Virus genome (UHGV): UHGV-0021337
Length of the DNA: 64,000 bases
Source of the DNA: a virus
Reading direction: 5' to 3' (one strand)
The translations under genes were made by a program, and so were the position numbers. The first letter of the stretch is position 1. Each line of letters begins with the position of its first letter. The notes beneath the pieces are model-generated. The model did not search any database, was not told the origin of the DNA, and was given only the letters and a program-made list of their open reading frames with translations. Below, one piece after another: positions 56,949 to 64,000 of this stretch.

Positions 56949-57362
56949 ATGATACAAGCAAGAGTAAATGTTTTTGAAACAAACTCAAGTTCTACACACA
57001 ACTGTACAATTATGTCAGACAAAGATTATCAAGCTTTTATAAACGGTGACGTATACATAAACAAAGGTTGGGCAGCTAGTACATCTAAGTATATGGACAA
57101 CGATTATGTAACAAGAGAACAAATAATTGACATCTATGAAAATGCAGAATATGAAGAAGATCGTGAATATGTTGAAGGTCTTAAGCTGCGTGTTAATAAC
57201 GACGACGGCAGTTTCGATGAATATCTTTATGAAAATGATCTCACAAGTCAGTTTGTACCTTATTCTTACTGGGGTAACGATTTAGAAACAGATGAAACTA
57301 CATTTGCAACGGAACACGGAGATTTAATTCATGTTTTGTGCGAATATGGTTATGATGGTTAA
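56949..57362 (+). CDS. hypothetical acidic protein
   Basis: 137 aa ORF. Confidence 0.3.
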   Translation: MIQARVNVFETNSSSTHNCTIMSDKDYQAFINGDVYINKGWAASTSKYMDNDYVTREQIIDIYENAEYEEDREYVEGLKLRVNNDDGSFDEYLYENDLTSQFVPYSYWGNDLETDETTFATEHGDLIHVLCEYGYDG

Positions 57363-57459
57363 TCTATAACAAACAATGTAAAGAGTCGGCTAGAAATAGT
57401 TGACTCTTTCTTTATACTCCATTATAATATAAGTATAAGATAAGTTAGAGGTGCACAAT

Positions 57460-57759
57460 ATGAATAAACAAGAATTTCTCGACAGAATAAAAAGTACTAA
57501 TATACCTACGTTTGAACAATATGAAGAAATACAGTATGTTTATACTTGGTGCCCATTTATAAACGAAGTGACTGGTAAAGACCAAATTGCAAAGTTATGG
57601 GATATTGGTGGAATAAGACTTATAAGAGATATGAAGGCGACTGCAGAAAAGGCTCAAGCTCTTGAACATCAAATTGCTATTGCAGACGCTAAAGTTCAAA
57701 AGTTACGTAATGCACTGATGGACTTAGCAATAGGGGGAAATGGAGAAGTAGATGAATAA
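57460..57759 (+). CDS. hypothetical protein
   Basis: ATG 57460 follows AGAGGTG; the track start 57451 is GTG. Confidence 0.3.
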   Translation: MNKQEFLDRIKSTNIPTFEQYEEIQYVYTWCPFINEVTGKDQIAKLWDIGGIRLIRDMKATAEKAQALEHQIAIADAKVQKLRNALMDLAIGGNGEVDE

Positions 57760-58690
57760 TTGGGTATCATATAAAAACGGAAATTATCAAGTTCAGCTAA
57801 ACCTGAAGAATGGTACTAAGATACGACTTATAGAAGGCAATAAACCTGTTGCAGATACGATAGAGTCAATGGACTTGAAGATAACTAATATGTGCGATGT
57901 GGGTTGCCCTATGTGTCACGAAAATAGCTTGCCCACTGGAGCACACGCTGATTTATTTGCTCCTTCCTTCTTAGATACTTTGCACCCTTACACCGAGTTA
58001 GCAATAGGTGGTGGGAATCCTCTTGCTCATCCTGACCTCTATAAATTTCTGTGCTTATGTAAAGAGCGTAAATTTGTTCCTTCTATGACTGTTAATCAAA
58101 AACATTTTATGGAACAGTTTGAGTTCTTAAAACAACTTAGAGACGAGGGTCTTATATATGGCTTGGGAGTATCCTTAATAGATGCAAACGCAGAATTCAT
58201 AGATATGTGTAAAGAGTATGGTCCTAATCTTGTTATACATGTGATAAATGGTATTGTGTCTACGGCTGAGCTATTCAAGCTTGCACATAAACAGTTGAAA
58301 GTGTTGATACTGGGGTATAAAGTTTTTCGTCGTGGAGGAAAACTTTATTGTAAGGATAAAGTAAAAATTGAAGAGGCAAAGAAAACACTTAAATCCCTCT
58401 TACCCGTAATGCTTAAGACAAAGTGGTTTGATGTTGTAAGTTTTGATAATCTTGCACTTAAACAACTCGATGTTAAATCAATTTTATCAGAAAAAGAGTG
58501 GCAGCAGTTTTACATGGGAGATGACGGTTTAGAAGGCGAACAAACTTCTGCAACGATGTTTGTGGACTTAGTAGAAAGAGAGTTCGCTAAAAACTCTTGC
58601 TCAAAAGAACGTTATCCACTTATGAATACAGTAGAAGATATGTATAACTATTTGCGAGGTAAATATGAAGATATCATACAAACTGTTTAA
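57752..58690 (+). CDS. radical SAM enzyme of unknown specificity
   Basis: CxxxCxxC cluster ITNMCDVGCPMCHEN; downstream AIGGGNPLAHPD (GGEP-like). Confidence 0.5.
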   Translation: MNNWVSYKNGNYQVQLNLKNGTKIRLIEGNKPVADTIESMDLKITNMCDVGCPMCHENSLPTGAHADLFAPSFLDTLHPYTELAIGGGNPLAHPDLYKFLCLCKERKFVPSMTVNQKHFMEQFEFLKQLRDEGLIYGLGVSLIDANAEFIDMCKEYGPNLVIHVINGIVSTAELFKLAHKQLKVLILGYKVFRRGGKLYCKDKVKIEEAKKTLKSLLPVMLKTKWFDVVSFDNLALKQLDVKSILSEKEWQQFYMGDDGLEGEQTSATMFVDLVEREFAKNSCSKERYPLMNTVEDMYNYLRGKYEDIIQTV

Positions 58691-59024
58691 GGAAGCAATA
58701 GAATTCATAGACAAACGTGAGCAGCAATATATGCAGCTCGATGAAATGATAAAGGAGATTGAACCAGATTCATGGATTTTTCCTGACTCGGGTTATAATC
58801 TAATGTTACAAAAATTACTTGTAGATGCTACAAATGATGAGTATGGGTACATTAGTTACTTTATGTGGGAACTTGATTTTGGAAGAAAGTGGGAACCGGG
58901 AACAATAACAAATCCCGACGGAACAGATGTGCCTCTTGGAACTATTGAAGATTTATGGAACTTGCTCAAAGACAACTCGAACCATAAAACTACAAATGAG
59001 GAGTTAGGAATTCTTGGATACTAA
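58665..59024 (+). CDS. hypothetical protein
   Basis: 119 aa ORF. Confidence 0.3.
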   Translation: MKISYKLFKEAIEFIDKREQQYMQLDEMIKEIEPDSWIFPDSGYNLMLQKLLVDATNDEYGYISYFMWELDFGRKWEPGTITNPDGTDVPLGTIEDLWNLLKDNSNHKTTNEELGILGY

Positions 59025-59472
59025 GTATTGTTATCTAAATTGTTCAAACCGCAAATATTCTAGCACAGACCGCAGACATTATCTTTGTTGTAATTCTTGT
59101 GATAAGCAAGGTTGTTATGCCAGATGTATGGAAGACGCTACTAAATGCAAGTATTGTGCAGATGTTAAATGGGTGGATGAAACAATTGACCATAATCTAA
59201 ATCCTTGGCACACGATTAACAACACTGCACCTATAAAACCTATGAAAAAACAAGAAGAGTCATACGTAGATATATTGAATAAGCGTAAACAACAAACCAG
59301 TGCAACACCTATTGCACAAGGGCAAACACCTAAAGCTCAAGAAGTTTTAACAATTCCACATAATAAGAAAGAGCTTGCACAGATGCTCGGTGTTAGTTAT
59401 GATAAAGTTGCTTATAGAATTGAAGTAAAACATAAAACATATGAAGAAGTCTATAAGGAGTTAAAGAAATGA
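59014..59472 (+). CDS. Cys-rich zinc-binding protein
   Basis: CYLNCSN ... CCNSCDKQGCYARCMEDATKCKYC. Confidence 0.35.
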   Translation: MDTKYCYLNCSNRKYSSTDRRHYLCCNSCDKQGCYARCMEDATKCKYCADVKWVDETIDHNLNPWHTINNTAPIKPMKKQEESYVDILNKRKQQTSATPIAQGQTPKAQEVLTIPHNKKELAQMLGVSYDKVAYRIEVKHKTYEEVYKELKK

Positions 59473-59645
59473 TGTATACGTTGATGATACAACAATCGGT
59501 GTACAATCACGGATACTCTGACGGTATTCAAGACGTTTTGAAAGACATTGAAAAGTTGTGTCAATCGAATACACCCACAATTCAGATTGAAGACTTACGT
59601 AAACTTTGTGATAAATTTACTCCTAGATTAACTAAAAATACTTGA
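59469..59645 (+). CDS. hypothetical small protein (58 aa)
   Basis: ATGA-coupled; not in the supplied track. Confidence 0.25.
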   Translation: MMYTLMIQQSVYNHGYSDGIQDVLKDIEKLCQSNTPTIQIEDLRKLCDKFTPRLTKNT

Positions 59646-59663
59646 TTCATACATAAACATATA

Positions 59664-59683
59664 CTATAATATATAGTGTTAAC
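59664..59683 (+). promoter_or_regulatory. variant copy of the recurring promoter-like motif
   Basis: CTATAATATATAGTGTTAAC, 13 nt upstream of ATG 59696. Confidence 0.3.
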
Positions 59684-59695
59684 AAAGGTAGATAA

Positions 59696-60049
59696 ATGTA
59701 CACGATTCCTTTTGCTCCTGTTTCTGTAAACAGTAATGAGTTAAACATTGAAAACATCGGCGATTTTGCGGTGTGTGGCACAAATGAAGTTGGGCAAGAA
59801 TACTATATGATTGTACAAACAGAGCTGGGTCTAACAAGGATTCTGACTTATGGTCCAGCAATACATGAAATACCGCTTATTCCTTGTAAATCAAAAATGT
59901 CGTTTGTAACTATCTTATATGATTCGAAGAAAATCACAGGTGCAGTTTCGCAATTTCTACTGATTAACGGCTGCATTGAAGCAGAGGTAAAAGATAAAGA
60001 CGAAATTCTAAAATTTGTACTTTCTTCAATTGGAGGTTTAATAAGATGA
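59696..60049 (+). CDS. hypothetical protein
   Basis: 117 aa ORF. Confidence 0.3.
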   Translation: MYTIPFAPVSVNSNELNIENIGDFAVCGTNEVGQEYYMIVQTELGLTRILTYGPAIHEIPLIPCKSKMSFVTILYDSKKITGAVSQFLLINGCIEAEVKDKDEILKFVLSSIGGLIR

Positions 60050-60240
60050 AAGAAAGACTTGCAGACAGATATGGTAAATTGATTGGATATAGAGAAGAGA
60101 TGCATAACGGTGAAGTTTGGTACCAAGACGCTGTGGGCAGACTCAAAGCTCGTTATATAAAAGAAACTAATAGCACGTTTGACGACAAAGGTCGTTTCCA
60201 AGGATTTGGAGACCTCGGCGCTTCTTTTATATATAGATAA
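60046..60240 (+). CDS. hypothetical small protein
   Basis: 64 aa ORF with ATGA coupling. Confidence 0.3.
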   Translation: MKERLADRYGKLIGYREEMHNGEVWYQDAVGRLKARYIKETNSTFDDKGRFQGFGDLGASFIYR

Positions 60241-60341
60241 TTTTGCTACTATACAGGATGTAAGTTATCTTTTTCTCCTTTTGAACTTACAGCAAGTCTT
60301 GTATATGAATATAGATAGAGGAGGGTAAAACTTCCTCTTAC

Positions 60342-60410
60342 CGAGAAGCAGTGGCGTGACCTGACAGCTAAATGAGTTAATCAGTTGATAGTTCGAATCT
60401 ATCCTTCTCG
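60342..60410 (+). tRNA. tRNA-like element with aberrant D/anticodon region
   Basis: Perfect 7-bp acceptor CGAGAAG/CTTCTCG and canonical T-arm GATAG-TTCGAAT-CTATC, but no canonical D or anticodon arm and no encoded CCA. Confidence 0.25.
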
Positions 60411-60500
60411 ACAATTAAATTTATGTTCTTCATAACTGGTGCTTGCTTAGAACACAAGTTAAATGGATTACCAGCCTAGTATCTTAGACAGGAGAAAGTT

Positions 60501-60590
60501 ATGATGGACAATATGCAACTTGAGATGCTCGCTTATGCGCTTATTCTTACGCACGGTTCGTGGAAAGATATGTTTAAGTTGGGCAAATAA
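60501..60590 (+). CDS. possible 29-aa peptide
   Basis: Strong RBS ACAGGAGAAAGTT before ATG; MMDNMQLEMLAYALILTHGSWKDMFKLGK. Confidence 0.25.
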   Translation: MMDNMQLEMLAYALILTHGSWKDMFKLGK

Positions 60591-60669
60591 TCTCATAACT
60601 GACATTTGTACTTGAGGTGAGTACAACTATTAGTTATAAAATCCACAGCGTATGCTGTTTTATATAGAT

Positions 60670-60760
60670 GGAAGCTTGGGGGAGCGGTTAAACTCAACGC
60701 TCTTGAAAAGCGTCGAAGGTGAGTAGCCTTCCGTCCGTTCGAATCGGACAGCTTCCGCCA
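60670..60760 (+). tRNA. tRNA-Ser (anticodon UGA), class II with long variable arm, CCA encoded
   Basis: Acceptor GGAAGCT/AGCTTCC; anticodon arm ACGCT-CTTGAAA-AGCGT; long variable arm CGAAGGTGAGTAGCCTTCCG; T-arm GTCCG-TTCGAAT-CGGAC; 3' GCCA. Confidence 0.7.
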
Positions 60761-60846
60761 TTTAGGAGTCGTAGAAATGCGACTCTTTCTTTTTGATTGT
60801 TTGTATAAAATACTATACAATATATGTAAATTAAAGAGGTACGAAT

Positions 60847-62772
60847 ATGACTGAATTTGAAATGTGGAATGAAATAAGTAAATACTCTCAATCCTACTAT
60901 GAAGGGCATCCTGAAATCAGCGATGCTGAATTTGACAAGCTGTACGATAGTTTTAAGCAGGAGTTTCCAGATTCAAAATACTTAAAACTTCCTGCAAAAG
61001 GATTTAATCCTGCAGCGACAAATTTACAAAAATTTAAGCATAAATACAGCACTGTTGGCAGTATTGAAAAAATTCATTCTGTTGACGAGTGGGAAAAAGG
61101 TCTTTGCACAGCATATGACTTGTCTACTAAACTGGATGGAAGTTCTCTTGTTGTTTACTATAAAGATGGTATTGTTGAAAGAGCACTTTCTAGGGGTAAT
61201 GGTATTGAAGGTCTTGACATAACAAGCAAATTAAAGTATATAGCTCCGGAAGCTTATAATGGAATAAAGTACTCTAGAGAAGGTCTACCTTTTACAGGAG
61301 CGATTAGGGGCGAAGTTGTTATGTCAAATGATAATTTTGAAGAATATAAACGTACTCATCCTGAAGCACGAATGGCTCGAAACGTTTCAACAGGCATGAT
61401 GATGCGTAAAGACGCTTCTGCTGACGATCTTAAATACTGCGATTATGTAGTTTATAAAATACTGGCTGATGAGAATATACCAGACCACCACAATGTCGCG
61501 TCGGTTTCTATCGAGGATATGAGAGATACACTTTATGATTGGGGCTTTAGAGTTGTCGAGTCTGTCGAAGTTGTTGGTTCACAAATCACCGATGAATTCT
61601 TAAAAGAACTGTATGAAAACGATAAATTTAACAAATATCCGACTGACGGTATTGTTATTGAAAAATTCTTACAAACAGTTGATTATGATACAGGAATATA
61701 CCAGTTTGAAGAATTAGCATATAAATTTGCTGCAGAAACAAAAGAATGCAAAGTTATTGATGTAAAGTGGAATTTTTCGCCTAAAGGTAAACTTGTTCCT
61801 GTTATCCAAATAGAACCTACGATGATGTCAGGAGCATTAGTAAATAATGTTTCAGGATTTAACTATAAATTCATAATGGATAATAACATTGGGCCAGGAG
61901 CAGTAATAACTGTACGCAGAAGTGGTGAAGTAATACCAGATGTTCAAGAAGTGCTAGTTCCATCAACTGAAGTTAGTTCTCCTTATATATGTCCTGAATG
62001 TGGTGAACTACTTGAATTAACTAAAACAGGTGTAGACCTTATTTGTTCAAATCCTGATTGTACAGGAAGAAAGTTTTATAACAGATACACCTTTATCGAA
62101 AAGATGGCGGAAGATATAAAAGGCTTTGGAGAAGTGCTTATACAACAACTTGTTGAGGCAATGACGGAATGTTCTCCTATTCCTGAAGCTTACACAGAAG
62201 CGAGCCTGTTCTTTGATATACAACACGCAGAAGACAGTTTCTTTCATAGCGTATTTACGCCATCAAATGCAGAAAAATGTGTCAAGCTAAAACAACTATT
62301 TCAAAAACCATTAAGTAAAGAAAAATTCTTACGAGCAATGAACATTGACCTGCTGGGAGAAGTTGCTGCAAAGCAGATTTCAAGTAACACAGAGTTGTTT
62401 AACGCACTGTTCACTTGTGATAAGGCGCAACTACCCGCTCAACTTAGTGCTTTAGGTGTTGCTCCGGTGTTAGCAAATAACATAATAAAGAATATATATC
62501 GTATAAGAAAATTCAATGCTCTTAGGATTACGTGGGAAGAAAAGAACGTTAAAAATATAAGTAGATTTGTTGCTGTTACAGGAAGTTTATCAATTCCGAG
62601 AAAAGAGTTTGAAGCAAAACTTGCACAAAAGGGCTATGGAATTACAGAAAACATGAACAAAGCGGAATGCTTGATTACGAACGACCCTAATAGTGGGAGT
62701 TCTAAGAACAAGAAGGCAAAAGAACTCGGTATCCACGTAATTACTGAAAACGATTTTTGGAGTAACATATGA
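60847..62772 (+). CDS. ligA: NAD-dependent DNA ligase (LigA)
   Basis: Adenylation lysine motif KLDGSS; Cys4 zinc finger CPECG...CSNPDC; C-terminal BRCT-like region; 641 aa. Confidence 0.8.
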   Translation: MTEFEMWNEISKYSQSYYEGHPEISDAEFDKLYDSFKQEFPDSKYLKLPAKGFNPAATNLQKFKHKYSTVGSIEKIHSVDEWEKGLCTAYDLSTKLDGSSLVVYYKDGIVERALSRGNGIEGLDITSKLKYIAPEAYNGIKYSREGLPFTGAIRGEVVMSNDNFEEYKRTHPEARMARNVSTGMMMRKDASADDLKYCDYVVYKILADENIPDHHNVASVSIEDMRDTLYDWGFRVVESVEVVGSQITDEFLKELYENDKFNKYPTDGIVIEKFLQTVDYDTGIYQFEELAYKFAAETKECKVIDVKWNFSPKGKLVPVIQIEPTMMSGALVNNVSGFNYKFIMDNNIGPGAVITVRRSGEVIPDVQEVLVPSTEVSSPYICPECGELLELTKTGVDLICSNPDCTGRKFYNRYTFIEKMAEDIKGFGEVLIQQLVEAMTECSPIPEAYTEASLFFDIQHAEDSFFHSVFTPSNAEKCVKLKQLFQKPLSKEKFLRAMNIDLLGEVAAKQISSNTELFNALFTCDKAQLPAQLSALGVAPVLANNIIKNIYRIRKFNALRITWEEKNVKNISRFVAVTGSLSIPRKEFEAKLAQKGYGITENMNKAECLITNDPNSGSSKNKKAKELGIHVITENDFWSNI

Positions 62773-62984
62773 GATACTACAACGTAACCATTAAACATAG
62801 AAAGTTTCCTGATGACGGAACATTAGAGTTGAAGTGTTTAGGTAATTCTGTGTTTGACGTAAACAAAGCTGTCTGTGAGCAAATACAGCTTTCGGGAAAT
62901 ACAACAGACGATTATCTTATAAGAATAAAGGAGTTGATCGGTGAAAAAGATTTCGATAAAAATTCCGAGTCCTGTAAGAGTTAA
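62769..62984 (+). CDS. hypothetical small protein
   Basis: 71 aa ORF with ATGA coupling. Confidence 0.3.
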   Translation: MRYYNVTIKHRKFPDDGTLELKCLGNSVFDVNKAVCEQIQLSGNTTDDYLIRIKELIGEKDFDKNSESCKS

Positions 62985-63105
62985 AGAGACAGAAGAAGAG
63001 CGGAAGGAACGACTTAAATACTGGAGATGCACTACAACTAGAGTTAAAGAAAGTAAAAAAGTTTATAATCGTAAAAAATTACAAAATCCACTTGATTCTA
63101 TTTAT
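62941..63105 (+). CDS. possible small, very basic protein (GTG start; overlaps the previous ORF out of frame)
   Basis: AAAGGAG 7 nt upstream of GTG 62941; KKISIKIPSPVRVKETEEERKERLKYWRCTTTRVKESKKVYNRKKLQNPLDSIY. Confidence 0.2.
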
Positions 63106-63127
63106 TGATTACCTTATAATATAGTTG
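63106..63127 (+). promoter_or_regulatory. copy of the recurring 22-nt promoter-like motif
   Basis: ATAATATAGTTGTAAATTAAAT, identical to 54171-54192. Confidence 0.4.
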
Positions 63128-63153
63128 TAAATTAAATAAAGAGGGTAAACGAT

Positions 63154-63420
63154 ATGGAACGTAGAGACTATGAACTTAGCACAGATATAGCAAATTTTGC
63201 TAGTGCAACATATGTGACAACTAAAGATATCAATATAGCAGTTGAAAAAGCTGCTACGAAGTTTCATATAACAAATGAGCAAGTTATAAAGGTCCTTCCT
63301 TTAGAGTTGTATATTAAGGTTCTTATAGTTAATAAAGCGATTCCTGATATCGAAAACTATAAAGTCCTTCGCGATATCTTTAGCGATGAATGGTTGGACG
63401 CAGTTGGAAATATCGATTAA
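63154..63420 (+). CDS. hypothetical protein
   Basis: 88 aa ORF with RBS AAGAGGGT. Confidence 0.3.
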   Translation: MERRDYELSTDIANFASATYVTTKDINIAVEKAATKFHITNEQVIKVLPLELYIKVLIVNKAIPDIENYKVLRDIFSDEWLDAVGNID

Positions 63421-63479
63421 ACGCTTGATTCTTATACAAAAATATAATATAATAATTGTATAATAAATATAAAGGTGAT

Positions 63480-64000
63480 ACGAAGCCAGATACAGCAGCG
63501 TTTTGTTAGAGCGTGTGGCTGGTCAGGGATAAGCGACGTACACGTGGAAGTCCTTAGAAGCAGTATTAGTGGAAAGAATTAAACAGCCTTTAACATCGAG
63601 AATGTGGTGTAGTAGGAACACGCCTGCTTTGGGAGCAGGAGTCGCAGTGCAAATCTGACATTTTCGACCAACATGGGGATAAGAAAGGTTTCGATTGCAG
63701 TTAAATCCAAAGTGAACCTGCAAGACTCGAGTTCAATTCTCAATATCTTCTCCAAACCAGCTCTTTTGCTGGAACATCTGTACAGAGGTAAGCAGTAACA
63801 CGTCCTAAATTACTGCACTCCAAATTGCTGAGAGTATAAAACAAGGCAAGCGTTGGCAGGCTACGCTACTTGCCCAAAGCCGCTGCTAATTGACGGCACG
63901 GAGAGGTGATTATGCTAGTCCTCTCAAAATGATTGAATAGCTCAATTTGGTAGAGCTTAAAGACTTAGGAAAGAAACTTCTTGATATCCGAAGCCTCAGG
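63480..64000 (+). ncRNA. GC-enriched, ORF-free structured RNA region (tRNA-like pieces within a larger ornate structure); runs off the window edge
   Basis: No ORF over 30 codons; GC content jumps relative to flanks; many perfect hairpins (GCAGTAA/TTACTGC, GGCAAG/CTTGCC, GAGAGG/CCTCTC, TTGCAG/CTGCAA); tRNA-like acceptor/T-arm/CCA segments. Confidence 0.3.
63597..63670 (+). tRNA. tRNA-Pro(UGG)-like gene with a degenerate T-arm (possible non-canonical or pseudo-tRNA)
   Basis: Acceptor CGAGAAT/ATTTTCG (one G-U), discriminator A, encoded CCA; D-arm GTGT-AGTAGGA-ACAC; anticodon arm CCTGC-TTTGGGA-GCAGG (U33, G37); the T-stem has only 3 bp and the loop reads TGCAAAT. Confidence 0.35.

Noticed and set aside
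57752-58690. Assigning the radical SAM ORF as QueE
   Set aside because: Its size and motif context do not match QueE well enough, and no QueC, QueD or FolE partners are present. It is left as a radical SAM enzyme of unknown function.
60645-60663. A small hairpin ACAGC-GTAT-GCTGT plus TTTTAT immediately before tRNA-Ser, read as a terminator
   Set aside because: It has only a 5-bp stem and would terminate transcripts right before a tRNA. It is more likely part of the tRNA precursor.
1016-63723. All minus-strand ORFs in the track (e.g. 1016-1255, 21142-21612, 22398-22775, 41043-41405, 52091-52537, 60694-60909, 63523-63723)
   Set aside because: Each sits entirely inside a well-supported + strand gene, or inside the tRNA or structured-RNA regions. 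None has an RBS, and the window is otherwise unidirectional. They are treated as antisense artefacts of AT-rich sequence.
63675-63754. A tmRNA tRNA-like domain or complete tRNA (GGGGATA ... TATCTTC-T-CCA)
   Set aside because: The acceptor pairing needs two G-U pairs, and no anticodon arm or tmRNA-length body with a tag reading frame could be found. It is kept only as part of the structured-RNA region.
63933-64000. A tRNA beginning with the D-arm TAGCTCAATTTGGTAGAGC
   Set aside because: No canonical anticodon arm follows, and the window ends before any T-arm. It cannot be called.
1-64000. CRISPR arrays, integrase or att sites, transposases
   Set aside because: There are no short direct-repeat/spacer arrays, no tyrosine or serine recombinase signatures, and no IS-like ORFs. 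The only mobile element seen is the HNH homing endonuclease.

Overview
This 64 kb window looks like one contiguous stretch of a large, AT-rich (about 65% A+T), virulent tailed phage of low-GC Gram-positive bacteria, probably myovirus-like. I found no integrase, CRISPR array or att site. Every convincing gene is on the + strand, tightly packed and often coupled through ATGA overlaps. The minus-strand ORFs in the supplied track are short, sit inside + strand genes, and are treated as spurious.

Gene order, in brief:
- Tail and baseplate (2-10602): a tail assembly chaperone with a candidate +1 frameshift, tape measure protein, a LysM protein, and baseplate proteins resembling P2 gpV, gp25/W and J.
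- Stand-alone beta-class DNA methyltransferase followed by SbcD and SbcC homologues.
- A run of small early-type genes that includes three metallophosphoesterases, a diverged peptide deformylase and a SNF2 helicase.
- Replication genes: DnaC/DnaI-like loader, DnaB helicase, primase, a T4 gp32-like SSB and a family A DNA polymerase.
- 31952-37428: a preQ1-type riboswitch controlling a YhhQ (COG1738) queuosine-precursor transporter, next to a SemiSWEET-like 3-TM protein, a DpdA-like DNA-guanine transglycosylase, and a 634-aa protein that fuses a YG-repeat array, a PD-(D/E)xK nuclease-like domain and a Dam-like methyltransferase carrying CPPY instead of DPPY. I read this as an uptake-based 7-deazaguanine DNA-modification system, and it is the most novel thing in the window.
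- Further DNA metabolism: SDR, beta clamp, dUTPase, a RecA-like recombinase, nucleases, and clamp-loader subunits interrupted by an HNH/NUMOD3 homing endonuclease that has left a duplicated 3' end of the delta (holA-like) gene.
- ThyX, ribosomal protein S21, an HAD phosphatase with an RNA ligase-like enzyme, a radical SAM enzyme, a tRNA region (one clear tRNA-Ser), an NAD-dependent DNA ligase, and a GC-rich structured-RNA region that runs off the 3' end of the window.

Recurring promoter-like motifs and several rho-independent terminators are annotated.
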